Shown here in pieces: positions 1 to 12,400 of a stretch of 64,000 nucleotides of DNA (positions are counted from its first letter, which is position 1; each line of letters starts with the position of its first letter). Source of the DNA: Phoronis australis (taxonomy: Eukaryota > Animalia > Phoronida); contig NMRA01000050.1 in NCBI GenBank assembly GCA_002633005.1, positions 1,223,395 through 1,287,394 on the forward strand, written 5' to 3'. The notes under the pieces are model-generated. The model had not been told where the DNA came from. It saw only the letters and a list, made by a program, of their open reading frames with translations, and did no database searches. The translations under genes were made by a program, and so were the position numbers.

Positions 1-687
1 AATTTGGAACATTTAAATGTGCTAAATGACATAAAACTCATTTTTAAATCGATTGGTTATCATTAAACCAAAAAATAAGTAGTTATTAGTGACGGCACTA
101 CTCTGTAACTGTTGATGATAACAGTGGCACCTGGCGATAACTTCGATTGGACCGGAGTTAAGCGTTCATACTGCACCGCAGCGTCGACGCTGCGGTCTTA
201 AATCCACCTATTAACTGCGATGTTAACTGGAGCTCTTAACTGCGATCCAGGACCGGAGTTAAGCGTTCATACTGACCGCAACTCCCCAAACCATCGACGC
301 GTCGACGTTAGTATGAAAGGCCCTTAAGAGTGGCATGACGACACAGAACTCTGCTGGTGTATTTGTGAATAAGGCGAGTGACCAAACAGCACAAACTGTG
401 TGTATGATTCCAGTTTGGTGTTCACGGTACGGCTACGAAATCGGCTCTGGAAAGTTAGTGCAGGGAAGTTGGTACTGGAACGTAAAATTAAGATATACAA
501 TTCATAAAGCATGAATTAAAATTCACAGATTTCGTTCTCTCCTCAGTTTCGTGGCTTTGGTTCACGGGGGGTTGGCCCGGTTGACAAATACGCTGTATTG
601 TATGTCATGGCGGTCTACATTCCGTTGCAAAAATCATGGGCGGCGCACCATAGTGGATGAGGGTAGACAAACGCTCTGCTGGCTGAC

Positions 688-1127
688 CTAAGTCTCACTC
701 GATAAATCGCAGAGTAATTTAAGAGTTTGTTCGGGCCACATTGGACACTGACCTTTACCCAGTTTGTTAATATCCAGAGCTAAATCATTTATAAATAATG
801 CAAAGAGTGTCGGTGATAAAACGTCCCCCTGACGGACACCATTTTCAGGAGTGAACCAACCACTATACAGAGTGCCATTTAATCGTATACAGTTCAACGG
901 ACTTTTGTAAATCATACGAATTGCATCATACATTCAACCATTAATATTATACTGCAGTAATTTAAAAAACAGAAGTTCATGGTTCGTCAAGTCAAAAGCT
1001 TTTTTCATGTTCACAAATGTCACAAATTAATGTAGAAAGGTTAGACGACTTTCTTGTTTGAATAATTGATGACAGGACATATAAGTGATCAATGCAGGAC
1101 CGTTGGCTTCGAAAAGCATTTTGCTCG
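688..1127 (-). mobile_element. Degenerate non-LTR retrotransposon (LINE) reverse-transcriptase fragment
   Basis: ORF 688-933 contains WFTPENGVRQGDVLSPTLFALFINDL, the G(V)xQGxxLSPxLF motif of LINE RTs; upstream frames are disrupted. Confidence 0.85.
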
Positions 1128-1134
1128 TCAACTA

Positions 1135-1300
1135 AAATATTGTATGTAGAGGTTAGCAAATCTCAGGTACTTGTGGTGTCCAGCTGCAGCAAATATTGGT
1201 AAGGCATCCCCAACATCTTGCAGCTGATCATTCCAAGACCGAGTGCTATTTGCCTTGATCGTTACCCGAGCAGTATGGAGCATTTGTTTTGGACTGTGTA
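1135..1300 (-). mobile_element. Short Academ-like DNA transposase fragment
   Basis: STRSWNDQLQDVGDALPIFAAAGHHKYLRFANLYIQ resembles the RxGxWxLHL...LPxFAAAGHxxY.R...LY.Q block I recall from Academ-type transposases. Confidence 0.5.
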
Positions 1301-3364
1301 CTAAGTTCAGACTTCTTCGTCTCAAGATTGTCGATGATCTGCACAATTGCGGCTGGTTGTGAGGCACTTCAGACAGATGTTGACATTTTCCCCTGTTCAT
1401 AAGTACACCCAGTAGAGCATAAACCGTTGTAAAACCTTTTGTTGCAATTTGTTGTGGGCCGGGTGGCTATTTGTCACAAATTGACTAGTTCAAATGGCAA
1501 GTTTTTAATTTATGAATGAATTCGCATGCGTGAGAAGAGATTAATAAAGTCCTGAAATTAAGTTAATTTACACAACTAGTTTTTCGTGATCGTTTTACGA
1601 GCGTAGTGAATGGACGGTATTTTAGGCGAGCTGCATGATTTCGTCCCAATTTAGATTCGTGAATTTCCAAGCGGCAGAAAACATGAACAATCTCTCGTTG
1701 CAATCATGTTTAAATGTGTCGATTTTCTACCACACTATGTGACCATTACGTGGGTGTCAAGAAGTTCGTTACTTTGAGATCCCGACGAAGACGCTTCGTG
1801 TTTCCTGTTTCCGAGCAGCACGTGTCAACAAAAACGGGTAACTACACAGGAAGTTTTGGTTCAAAACAAGGCAACAGTTTATTCAAGTCAAGAATACGCA
1901 ATTGCCAGTGTTTGTTTGCCCGGGGACTGCTGCTTTGGCCTTGACTTGCTACAACTGGTGGAACAATATAGCCAAAATTCCAGGCCATGACACTGACCGA
2001 TACTGCTGAAGGCTACGTGATAGGCATTCTTACACGTCTCAGAACCATTCGGAGAGGTAATTACAAATCTTCTAGCCAATAAATGCATAATTATAGGACT
2101 ACTCTATTATTGCACGCCCAGCAAGAATCGGCCTCATAGAACCTCTAACACGTTCTAGGCATTGGGTTCTTGAGCTGTGTAGGAGCTATAAAAAAGACTT
2201 CAAGAATTCTTAGACGTGACAATCTTATTTTGATGATTTCCGTCTAGTTCATACATGTATGTGTACAGAAATGACAAAATGTTGAAGTTAAAAAGTGAAA
2301 AGTTTTTAGTAATTATTGATCAAAATATTATCTCAGACAGTGTAACACAAGTCTCCCTCTCGTAGTCACATTTAAGCCTTGTTGATTATACTAAGGAAAA
2401 GGAACAAGAAAACAATACAAAAACAACGGTAATGGTCTGATATAACGTGCCCAAATTTTGAAAAACAGTTTTCTCCACTAAGTAACGAGCATCAAACTGG
2501 TTCTCGAAATGCGGGCACGTTATATCAGACTATTGCCAAATAACAGTTTTTTGTTCCACTTAGATTTTAGTCTTGACAAATATGTTTGATAATTTATTAA
2601 AGACAAAATCACAGTAACTGCTTGCAGGCAAGTTATACATACTCCCTTGGATTCATTTTTGTTGAATCTGTATGAAATAAGTTTTCATGGGATGCATTAC
2701 GCCCCTCCCTCCCCGCCACTCATTTCAGTGGTGAGCCGCCCATTTTTTAGTTAAGACCAAAATTACTGGAACTTTATACATACTACTAGGGAAAGAGGTA
2801 CATATTATCTCATGAGATCGTTTTGTTACAGTTTGTGCAAACTGAATTTTGACGCAAACTATCAGTCTGTTTCACTGATGAATAGTCACGTAAGAATTAA
2901 GACAGAAATTTGGACTAACCCAACACATAACAATTTCTGGAAAACAATTACAGCTCATTTAAGCAAATAAACGCATAACTGCAGGTTACCCAAATAATTT
3001 CTTTGAATTATTTAGGACCGTGATACACTCATAAATCATTGCCTAAATTCACCCTTTTTCAGCAATTATCAAGCGGGAACAAATTTCTGTCTTGAGTCTT
3101 AAGTCAATTTCATGAAACGGGTCCCAGCTTTACGTATTACCAAATGTTGACCTTTCAGCTGACGTCATTTTTCTCCAATAGACAGACTAATTTTTGTTAT
3201 TCTGGCTTCACTAATTGATAATAAGGGACATGATTGTTTTTCATTCCCTGGAAACATTCCGAAAACCGTTTATGCCAAGGCATTGCACTGTCTGACTCTA
3301 CATGGTCAGATTTAGGGTCAATAACCTAAAGCAACTTAAACCAAATCGTTTTAACGGTACTTAA

Positions 3365-4915
3365 AGGAGCATGCCACCCAAAAAAAACAATCTAATTTGT
3401 ATCAGTTTAGATCGAGTAGTTCTACTCCATAACGACACGTGCGGTTGCGTTACCTGACACCTGACGGCAGACGGAGGTGTTGAAATTATTCAATTACGTC
3501 ATCGGTTTCACACGCATTCTGTTCAACACGGGTTACTGGTGTCAGCTAATACACCGAGTTCTTACAAAAACGTGTTGTTTTATGTTTTATTTCGCTCTTA
3601 CGGATTTATTGGTATTTGGACACACCTACAAAGTTCGGCAGGCCAATAAGGTCCGTAGCAGGAGTTTGAGGTATGTTCGGAGATAATTTCTAAGTATATT
3701 CCGTGAGATACAGACAAGAGAACCTAGATCTGTGTTGTTTAGACTTGTGATTTTCTGAGTTCTAAACACAAAACGCTTGTTATCCCGGCCAGTGGCTCGG
3801 AAACTGATCAGACATCACGAACTAACCAGCCAAAGTTCAGTGGAAACTAAAGTTCCAGTCAAGAAAATACTATACTAGTGAGCCAAAGTAATGTGCACGT
3901 GATTATGTTGGTGAATTAGCCACGAAACTGCAAATCTATTTACTCGTCGGCGGCCACGAATTCAGTTCCGCTTTGGCCACAGCACCGTCAGGGCAGAAGT
4001 TGTACATTGACAATCATTATTTGAGTAATGTATATGTAAATAAAGATTCCCCTAACATCTGGTCGTGGGGTGGAAATCGAGTTGTTTCACAACAGTTTCT
4101 GCCAGCAAACACTAAATTAGCATGAGCTCACACGGCTTCGCGGTGTACCGTCAATTAGTTTTATTGCACCTAAAGCAGTGATTTATTCATTGCTGGTTTA
4201 TCAAATCATTTCGTACACTCACGAACACTCCAAAGGCATTACAAATTGCATCTAATGAGACAGACATTGTTTCAGTTTTATATAAGTATTGGTTAGGGTG
4301 AGAATAATTCATTTTGAAACAGAACTCTCAGTAATAAACGCCAACATGGCAACTCGCAATCCCGACTTAGGACGAGCTAGAACGGCTCATCAATCCCGAC
4401 TTCGCAGGTGGATCGTTAAGTTTTACAGGCTATCAATTCGAACAGGAATACAGTGATGAAGAAATATTAGAGACAGGCGCCGTGAACAAGCTCAGACAAC
4501 GGAACGTATGGAGTTATTTGGTAACCCGGCATTCGTGAGGCACTGTCGACCGTCGTCTGCAGGCCACAGATACGGAGATGTTTCACGGCCTCATACTTGC
4601 TATTTACAGCGTACATTTCATTCTTCACTACCATGAGCCACTTTCTAAGCATTTCGAACTCTCGAGGAAGAAAAAAAAAACGATATACTCCCTTTCCTCG
4701 CGGCTGCTTAGTTCGGACAAATGGGAACGATACACCGCAACATAGCGACATTCACTCTGCATATGAACCACTGACGTCGCTAGCGTCGTTTCTCACCTTC
4801 CTCACAGGTTAACGCGGCACCTCTTGGCAAGGTAAGGTCGACCGTATGCGAGGTGATGTGGAAATAGACCGATTAAGACGTCAAAAAGACTAATTAAATC
4901 GGGTGGCATTCGCCT
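3365..4915 (-). mobile_element. Non-autonomous Kolobok-like DNA transposon with THAP-domain remnant
   Basis: TTAA at 3361-3364 and 4916-4919; TIRs aggagcatgccaccc / gggtggcattcgcct; ORF 4467-4751 (MSLCCGV...FFFLPRE..MLRKWLMVV...LRICGL) is THAP-like. Confidence 0.8.
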
Positions 4916-5346
4916 TTAAATTTAGTCTTACAATCTTGGAGTTCTTACTCTGGTACCCGCGGTGGATATATAATCTACTTCTACTGCAGTCACCAAAAAT
5001 GGAATTATCAGTCTGACTAGACTTCGTTTTAGTCTATTTTGACTCATGGCTGTTCATAATCTGACCGTGGCTAACTTTACAACGAAAGGTGGCGCTCCTA
5101 TCAATGGCACAATCCCCCCACCCCACTAAGCCTATTTCGTTTTCACCTCCACGTTCTTGTTGACTACCACTGTTTTATAACCTTGCACTCTGTGTTAGCC
5201 ATCGAGATCACCAAGGTCATGTAAAAATGCTATGACTGATATGAACAACTTTAAAGCACATAAAATCACAGCGGTATTTGTAAGGTCTGTCTGATGGCAC
5301 AACATTAATTTATATATAAATTTCACCTGTTTTTTTGTATTCTTAA

Positions 5347-6090
5347 AGGAGAATGCCACCCAAAAATCAACCTATTTGGCATCAATTTAGATCAAGTAGT
5401 TCCACTCGATAACAGCAAGTTCAGTTGTTTTACCTGACTCCTGACAGCAGACTGAGGTGTTGAAATTAACTACTGACGCGATCGGTTCAAACGCAGTCTG
5501 TTCAGCCGTTCACAACACGCTTACTGGTGTCAACTTATCGCTTGAATTCATCGTTTTACATCAATAAATCATCAAAATTGGATTCAAAACCCGTACAAAT
5601 ACATCGAATAGTCTTGAACAAGCGTGTTGTTTTATTTCACTGTTACGGATTTTTAAGTATTTGAACGTTCCGTAGCCTATAGAGTTCGCCGTAGGCCAAT
5701 TTATCATGGTCGATTGCGGGAGTTTGGGACAGTTGGGTGGTCAGTTCGAATCATTATCTGTGTGTTGTAGTTTTAGACTCGCGATTTTTTTTAGTTCTAA
5801 AGACACAAAACGCTTGTTATTGCAGCCAGTGGCTCGGAACCAGACCCGATCAGGCCCGGCGGTCGCCCGGTCGGGTTGGACATCGCGAACATAACCAGCT
5901 TAGTTGGAAACTAAACATGTGGTCACAAAAAGACTATAATAGTGAGCCAAAGAAATAATGTGCACGTAATTATTTTGGTGAATTAGCCACGAAATTGAAA
6001 ACCTACATGCTTGTCGGGGGCCGTGAAGTCACTGAGGTTCCCCAATTCCACAGAACCGTCAGGGCAAAAGTTGTACAGCAACAATGATTT
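5347..6090. mobile_element. Truncated second copy of the Kolobok-like element (left end only)
   Basis: ttaa-aggagaatgccaccc at 5343; sequence is colinear with 3365-4020; no right TIR found. Confidence 0.75.
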
Positions 6091-6234
6091 GAGAAACATT
6101 ATTTAAAATTTGGCTGACGGTGAGGCCAGTGGTCTGTTACTGAAAAAGGGGAAACAAATCCGCACTTTTTCAGCAAACAACTGTTTTTTTTAGGCCATTT
6201 ACCGGTACATATTCTCCTATCATTTTGCTCTTTA

Positions 6235-6394
6235 CAGTGGCGGATTTAGAGGGGGGCAAGGGGGCCGTGGCCCGCCTAAAATTCTCCCAGATTCCGTTTG
6301 GCAGTACGGGGGTGCCAATGTCTGACGGGCAAAATCTTGGCTAATATTCTGCCCTGCCCCCCCCCCCCAACTCAAAATCCTGGATCCTCCCTTG
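6235..6394. mobile_element. Small MITE of the cagtggcggat(t/c) family (related ends at about 61565-61655 and 62515-62676)
   Basis: cagtggcggatttag...ctggatcctccc imperfect inverted ends with G/C runs; the motif recurs in the window. Confidence 0.45.
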
Positions 6395-9300
6395 CTTTAC
6401 TCAGATGGGAAATGATTCGTATGCTTACAACTTTTATTACTGACACTACGTCATTTTTTCAGACGTGGCCCATGAACTTGTTGTCCGCACGGCGGTTAAC
6501 TACCCGAGTCACGTGAAATTCTGGGCTTTTTAATGCAACTCATTTCAGGTCAAGCAAATGATCAAAACAATATGACGTTGTGTGAGAAAAAAATTCGTTT
6601 TGACACCAGAATATGGTTTCTAGTGGCATAGGCCTTTTGGTGATCCATCTGAAGAGAAAATTAATAAAATCTTGTAAAAAGGTTCCTCAGTTGAACAAAG
6701 TGTTCTGTGTCTTTAAACCCACCAAATTGTCTATGAGAGTGTCTCGAATGAAGTGTAAAACACCACACTTTTATTACAATAATATAGTCTCTGACTGATT
6801 GTAGGCATTGCCCCAAAATTTTATGTTGGCTTGCTAACACGGCGTTTCACTCAGCGCATAAACTAAATTAAAACATGCGACAGCAGTGCCATTTATCGAC
6901 AATCGTTTGCTACTCAGTTCGTGATTGATTTTGACAGTAGTTGACTTCCAATATCTGAGATCGCCTGTGCTTCTGTCTGTCAGCACGGGCGATAGTTAAA
7001 GTTCTAACCGAAGCGTTTATGTCTCTATAATCGTGTAAATACGTTTATTAAAGCGTTCACCTCCTTCCTGTTGACCATTCGGTCTAAAACTCCCGGGTGT
7101 ACCAAGAAGCGCGTCACCATGCGCAAATGCCATGAAGGCGATAAAGGGAACCATCTTGGATACTTTTATATAGATGACTCCGATGTCTACACAAAAAGCG
7201 AAGCAGTTCACGTATGCGGACTAAGCTGGTGTTCATCGGAATCATTTATGTGGATTTAATTTTTGTGATAAGTGATGTCATATCTTTAATGAATAGTCAA
7301 GCAGATAGTATTGGAGAGAAAAGTGATTTTCCAAGATCAGCCTCAAGAAGTACATGCAATCGAAAATGGAACTCCAGCAGCCCCAGTCTAACGCGCTGTT
7401 GTCTTAGCTAAGTCCCACTAAACAAATACATAGGGGCAGCTCAAACGCATACTTGTAATGTCATCAACTTTGAGTTCAGCAAATGTCTGGCATACGACAG
7501 CGTGTTGACGATTTGAATTAAAATCTAAAAAACAACGGATTGTGTTGTTACGTAGACTTGGTCAATGCTAATAACTCCAATAAGTTCATCCTATGCACCA
7601 CTAATTTTAAAATTTAATTTGCTGTAAAAGCGATGATATCTCTCTAAGTTTTCTAAATTTTATGCGTAAAAATTGTATCTTGGGCAAACAGCTCAAATCA
7701 ATTGCCAGCAAACAGCAAGTCAACTACGAAGGACTAGATTCCAAAGGGCAGTTCTAAGAAAATTGACTTAAAGAGAAATATTAAATTTCAGTCAATTTTA
7801 CGATAATTTTGCCCTAATTCCGTTTCAAGAAAGACATGTAAAGTTTGACTTAAGTTTTGGATTTAATTTTTCTGTTAAATTTAACTAATTCACCGGACGT
7901 GGAATTTTCAAAGCTTGGAAGTTGAGACAAATCTTAGACTTAAGTGAAAAATGAACTTAAAAGTCACTTTCTTGGAATGAGCTTCTGGTAATCACTGTTT
8001 TACACTTTAGAAAATATTAAATCAAAAGAAAACAGCTGGATCGATGTTATATGTTATTTGCGAATTTTGCAACAGTTTTTGACAGTGTTTACTGTAAGCT
8101 ATGGTTTAGAAAGTTGCATTTTGACCTGTTTAGTTGGATAAAAAACAAACTTAAATTTGTCATTTTGGTCTCTTTGTCTTTTACAATACCTGTCATAATT
8201 GTCCGTACCGTGACAACATTGTACTTGCGTTGCCAGGACAACATTGTACTTGCGTTGCCAGGACAACATTCTATTTTCAGTGACCGAGGAGTTTATTAGT
8301 GTTGGCTACCCCTAAAATTGTAATTTCGAAAAAGTTTGGTTCGCACGTGATTTCGCTGTTCCTGATGGCAACGGAAATAGAACCTTATCACTGTTAGGAA
8401 TATCGTGAGACTGATTTTTGAGAGTGAAAAGCTTCATTCGATTTTTATTTCAGCCAGCTAAACAGGACGAATTGACGTCCGTAGATATTCTTAAAGGGAG
8501 ACTATCCATTTTATTACCAAAAACATATTCTGTGATTCTTGTAGGACGGAATATTCATTTTGAAGTAATTAGCTCAGTGTTAAACTAGTGGAAATTTCTA
8601 CACTAGAGGCTCTAAGAGAAGTTTAATTCGAACGGACAGACAGTTGCAAATACAACTCAGATACTCAGATATTAAATATTATCAAAGATGAGTTGAAAAA
8701 GCATATCAAACTTAGACGGCTTGAGTATTTTGGTATTTTACTGGTATTTTTATATCAATAAAAATTATTGAATATTTAGTATTTATTGATTAAAAACTCT
8801 TTAAAGTGATTTGCTTTTCGCAGAGTATTTGAATTTTTTAATAAAACTAAAGCATACAAAGTAACGTTGGCACAATTGAGATTGTCAGCTCACGATTCTA
8901 TGACAGGAAAAGGTAGAGAGTTGGCAGAGGAAAGAGAATTTCGACACTGCGAACTTATGTTTAAAGGGTGCTATTGTCTTGTTTTTGAACATATACAACA
9001 AACCAGTCACATTTACCAAGATATTGAGAAAAAATAGTTTGCATAGATTTTTTTTTCATTTATTGGTCATCTTTTAAGCGTTCTATGCGTACACACAGGA
9101 AGGAATTAAAACCTTGTCCCATCATTCAGATTTTCAAAAACTAAGTCGCAGTTGTGAGTGTGTGTGTGTATGACTTCGCGAGGCTGAAAAATCAGTTATG
9201 TTCAACGAGAACATTTTATGAAACACCCGGCTAAGGCTTCATAAAATAGTTGTCGTTCGCTGAATTTTCAATCTCGGGAAACCCTGGCATTAGGAGCTAG

Positions 9301-9479
9301 TGGAGATTCGATAACAAGGCGACTACGTGAATGAAAATGTGAATGGAAACTCCGACTAGAGAAAACATAACCGTCCGAAAGCTTTCGACGCGTACAGAAA
9401 ACGAAGAATATTTTCGTGGACATGTTATGTTTCCCATAGTCAACCGATCGTCTGCTGTCCAGTTGGGTTCGTCTGCTTT

Positions 9480-12400
9480 CTAGTTATGCGGCCAGTCGTC
9501 GTGCCAGTTTTCACCAGGACTGCGCGCGATGACACAACAACCCATGTGATTTAGCTCGTCATCACCGGCTTTGTCTTTGTGGTTGTCAATCTACAAAGAA
9601 ATGTGCGCGCAAAGTGTTACAAAATGTCATCCGTACCACATATTCGCCTGTATGTGAAGCTTCAACTACATCCGGAATTCGGCATGTGCCCCTATATGCA
9701 AAACACCTGAATAAAATCCTAGGGGCAACCGCTAAAACATCACGTGAACAAGCACGACCTATCCTTCACAAAATAGTAAATATTGACGTGAATTCACATT
9801 ATACAGTTACTGACTGACTTTCATCGAGGTCATCGGGTTGGTATTTAGACCCCTAAAATGAGATGATGACCAAGGGGCAGCGGAGGTGATTATCGTTACC
9901 TTAGTGGCCTGAAAACCAACATACAGTGTGTCGGAATCCGGGTTTATAACCGCATCTTTTGACCGTTGAAAAAAGAACGAATAGCATTAACAATAGGCAA
10001 CTGACATATAACGCGTTGGAATCATGAACAGATGAGTTCCACGTTGGTTCAAACATATCAAATATCACCCTTGGTGGCTGCAGGAGAGACTGAGAATTTG
10101 TGTAAAATGCGCCATTACGATTTTGGCACCTCATCACAAGAGGGCGCCCCGACTCATCATCTTACCACAAGAGCTCGACCTAGGATAGAGTGAACCCCGT
10201 GTAATGTGGCCACTTTATCATGGTATTCTTTCCTAATGTTCCCGTGTTCGTCGGCATGGAGCTCGCCAAAATCCCCCACGTGCCTGCAACAAGACAAATA
10301 CAAACGCACGTCTACTAGGGTACCAGATGAAGATTGTGTTTAATAAAAAAATGACTGCGCATCAGAATAGGCTTACAGTGGTAATATTAAGACTGCACCG
10401 CGTTCCACCTTCGTTTTCGCCTTTTCCAATAATTAAGTGATACTTTAAACTAGGAAGAAATAGGAAGACGTTGCCAATCGGGTACAATCAGGAATGCGAG
10501 TGTTTCACTCGAGTCCACGGTAAACCATGATAGGCCTAATACATCCTCGCCCGAAGACACCCCACTTCACAAACAGCTGCCCTGAAGCGTGACGCATTCT
10601 CCTCTGCGACGTACCTCTCTTTGTCGTCATTAAGCCCGTGCTTCTTGTTCGTTGGGTTGTAATGTCCGCCGACTTTGGTGCAGTCGTTGATGATATCGCC
10701 ATACTCATGCACGTGCATACCATGGTCCGGCTGGTCTGACTTGAAGCCATGCAGCTCCACCTGATAGTGAAGTGGTCCGCCGTGTACCTACAGCAATAAG
10801 TGGAACTGACACTTGCACTTGACTCAGCTTTTTACCAGCAGTAGAAGGAGAGATAATGCCGATTCCGTAAATGAGTGTGCGCCCTACGTACTATACCAAA
10901 GAAAACGTTGTTGGCCTTCGTGTCCGGTCAGCTGTCAAGTAGGTGGTACCTGACAGCTCTGTAATCCGGAATACACACGTCATTATTGGCCTATCCGTAA
11001 AAAGGTCAACAAAAGTGAGAACCAGAATTAATTAAGAAAAAGACTCGACCAGACTACACCCGAGCGATCGAGTGATGGGAGTGACGCAACATATTCATCA
11101 TGACGTTCAGTTAGAACAGCTCAAGGTGGAAACATCTCTAAATTGTGACCTTCTGCTTACCGTTGTTCCCTATGGGTCAGTGGATTAGAGCGCCCACAGG
11201 GTTAGCCAAAGGTCCCAGGTTCGAGTCCCGGTTTGGGCAGAAATCTTTTCAGATTGATACTCATTAAGTCACGTGACATGGCCATGGATGGCATGCTTGC
11301 CAGACGAAGCATTTCCACGCCAGTTTATGATTTACATATTTGTATAAGCCCAATTCTTGTTGCAGTGTTTATACTGCGACAAGAGCGACGTCGCGCGACT
11401 GAAAGTGAAATGGAACATCATTCATTTCTTTGAGGTCGCCTCGCTTTATCGCGCTACTTGACCCAATCACAGCACAGAACTTTCCGTTTGACTGGAACAA
11501 TTTTGTTTGTTTCCTTTATAGACGCATTTTCATTCATTTGGTAAGACACTGCATGATTTATAACGTGAGGCGACGTCGCATTTCACTCTCGTTGCACCTA
11601 TCGCTCGCGGGCAGTGACGCTGCAACAGGAATTCATTTGCATCAGATCCAATTTTTTCGGAACGCGAATAAAATCGCGCCGCTCACGTAGCTTGCCCGCG
11701 TGCAGTGCGGCCACGCCTTCAGTCATCGAGAATTAAAGGTCCTTCTAGCATTTTAGGACGTCAAACCACAAGATATCAGGTTTGATGTAATGACCTATGA
11801 CGAATAAGCAATAACTAAACGCGTCTTGTTCCATACTGAAGAGGAGGACCAGGACTGTGACCGAACCAGGAAACTCGACTGCATATATTTTAGGGCTTAA
11901 ACGACTGTTTGATATTAGAAAATTGTGATCGGCCACCCCACCCCCTCATTGGTCCTACAGTATTTTTCGTTCTCCGTTTATCTAGGTTCGTCCAGTATAT
12001 CCCCTGCACAACAGAGTCAGTCAACGTAAACACAGGTGAATCAGATATTTCAATCAGCCACCATCCTATTAGGACCAAACCTTACGTTTTGCTTAAACAC
12101 GACTCTTCCGGTGAGATTTACACCTTGGCTGTGAACTGCATCAGGCACAATGTCACACTCGGCATAGTCGTAGCCTAAAATACAAAAACAAAGCATGTTG
12201 CAAGCAACTCAACACAAGAGGCCACTAAAGCATACAGGTCATCAGTTATAACCTAATCAAAGCAATCACTGCGTTTTACAACCGCTAGGACATTCGTAGC
12301 ATGCAGGTAGACTCTGTAGCTTTGTGGACCACCTTTTCAGACATTTCTGTGAAAAAAAATTCCGATGGTGACCCACAGGTGGCAACTAAAGCAGTTCCTT

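Noticed and set aside
11165-11238. Functional tRNA gene
   Set aside because: Acceptor and anticodon stems do not pair adequately; kept only as a tRNA-derived relic.
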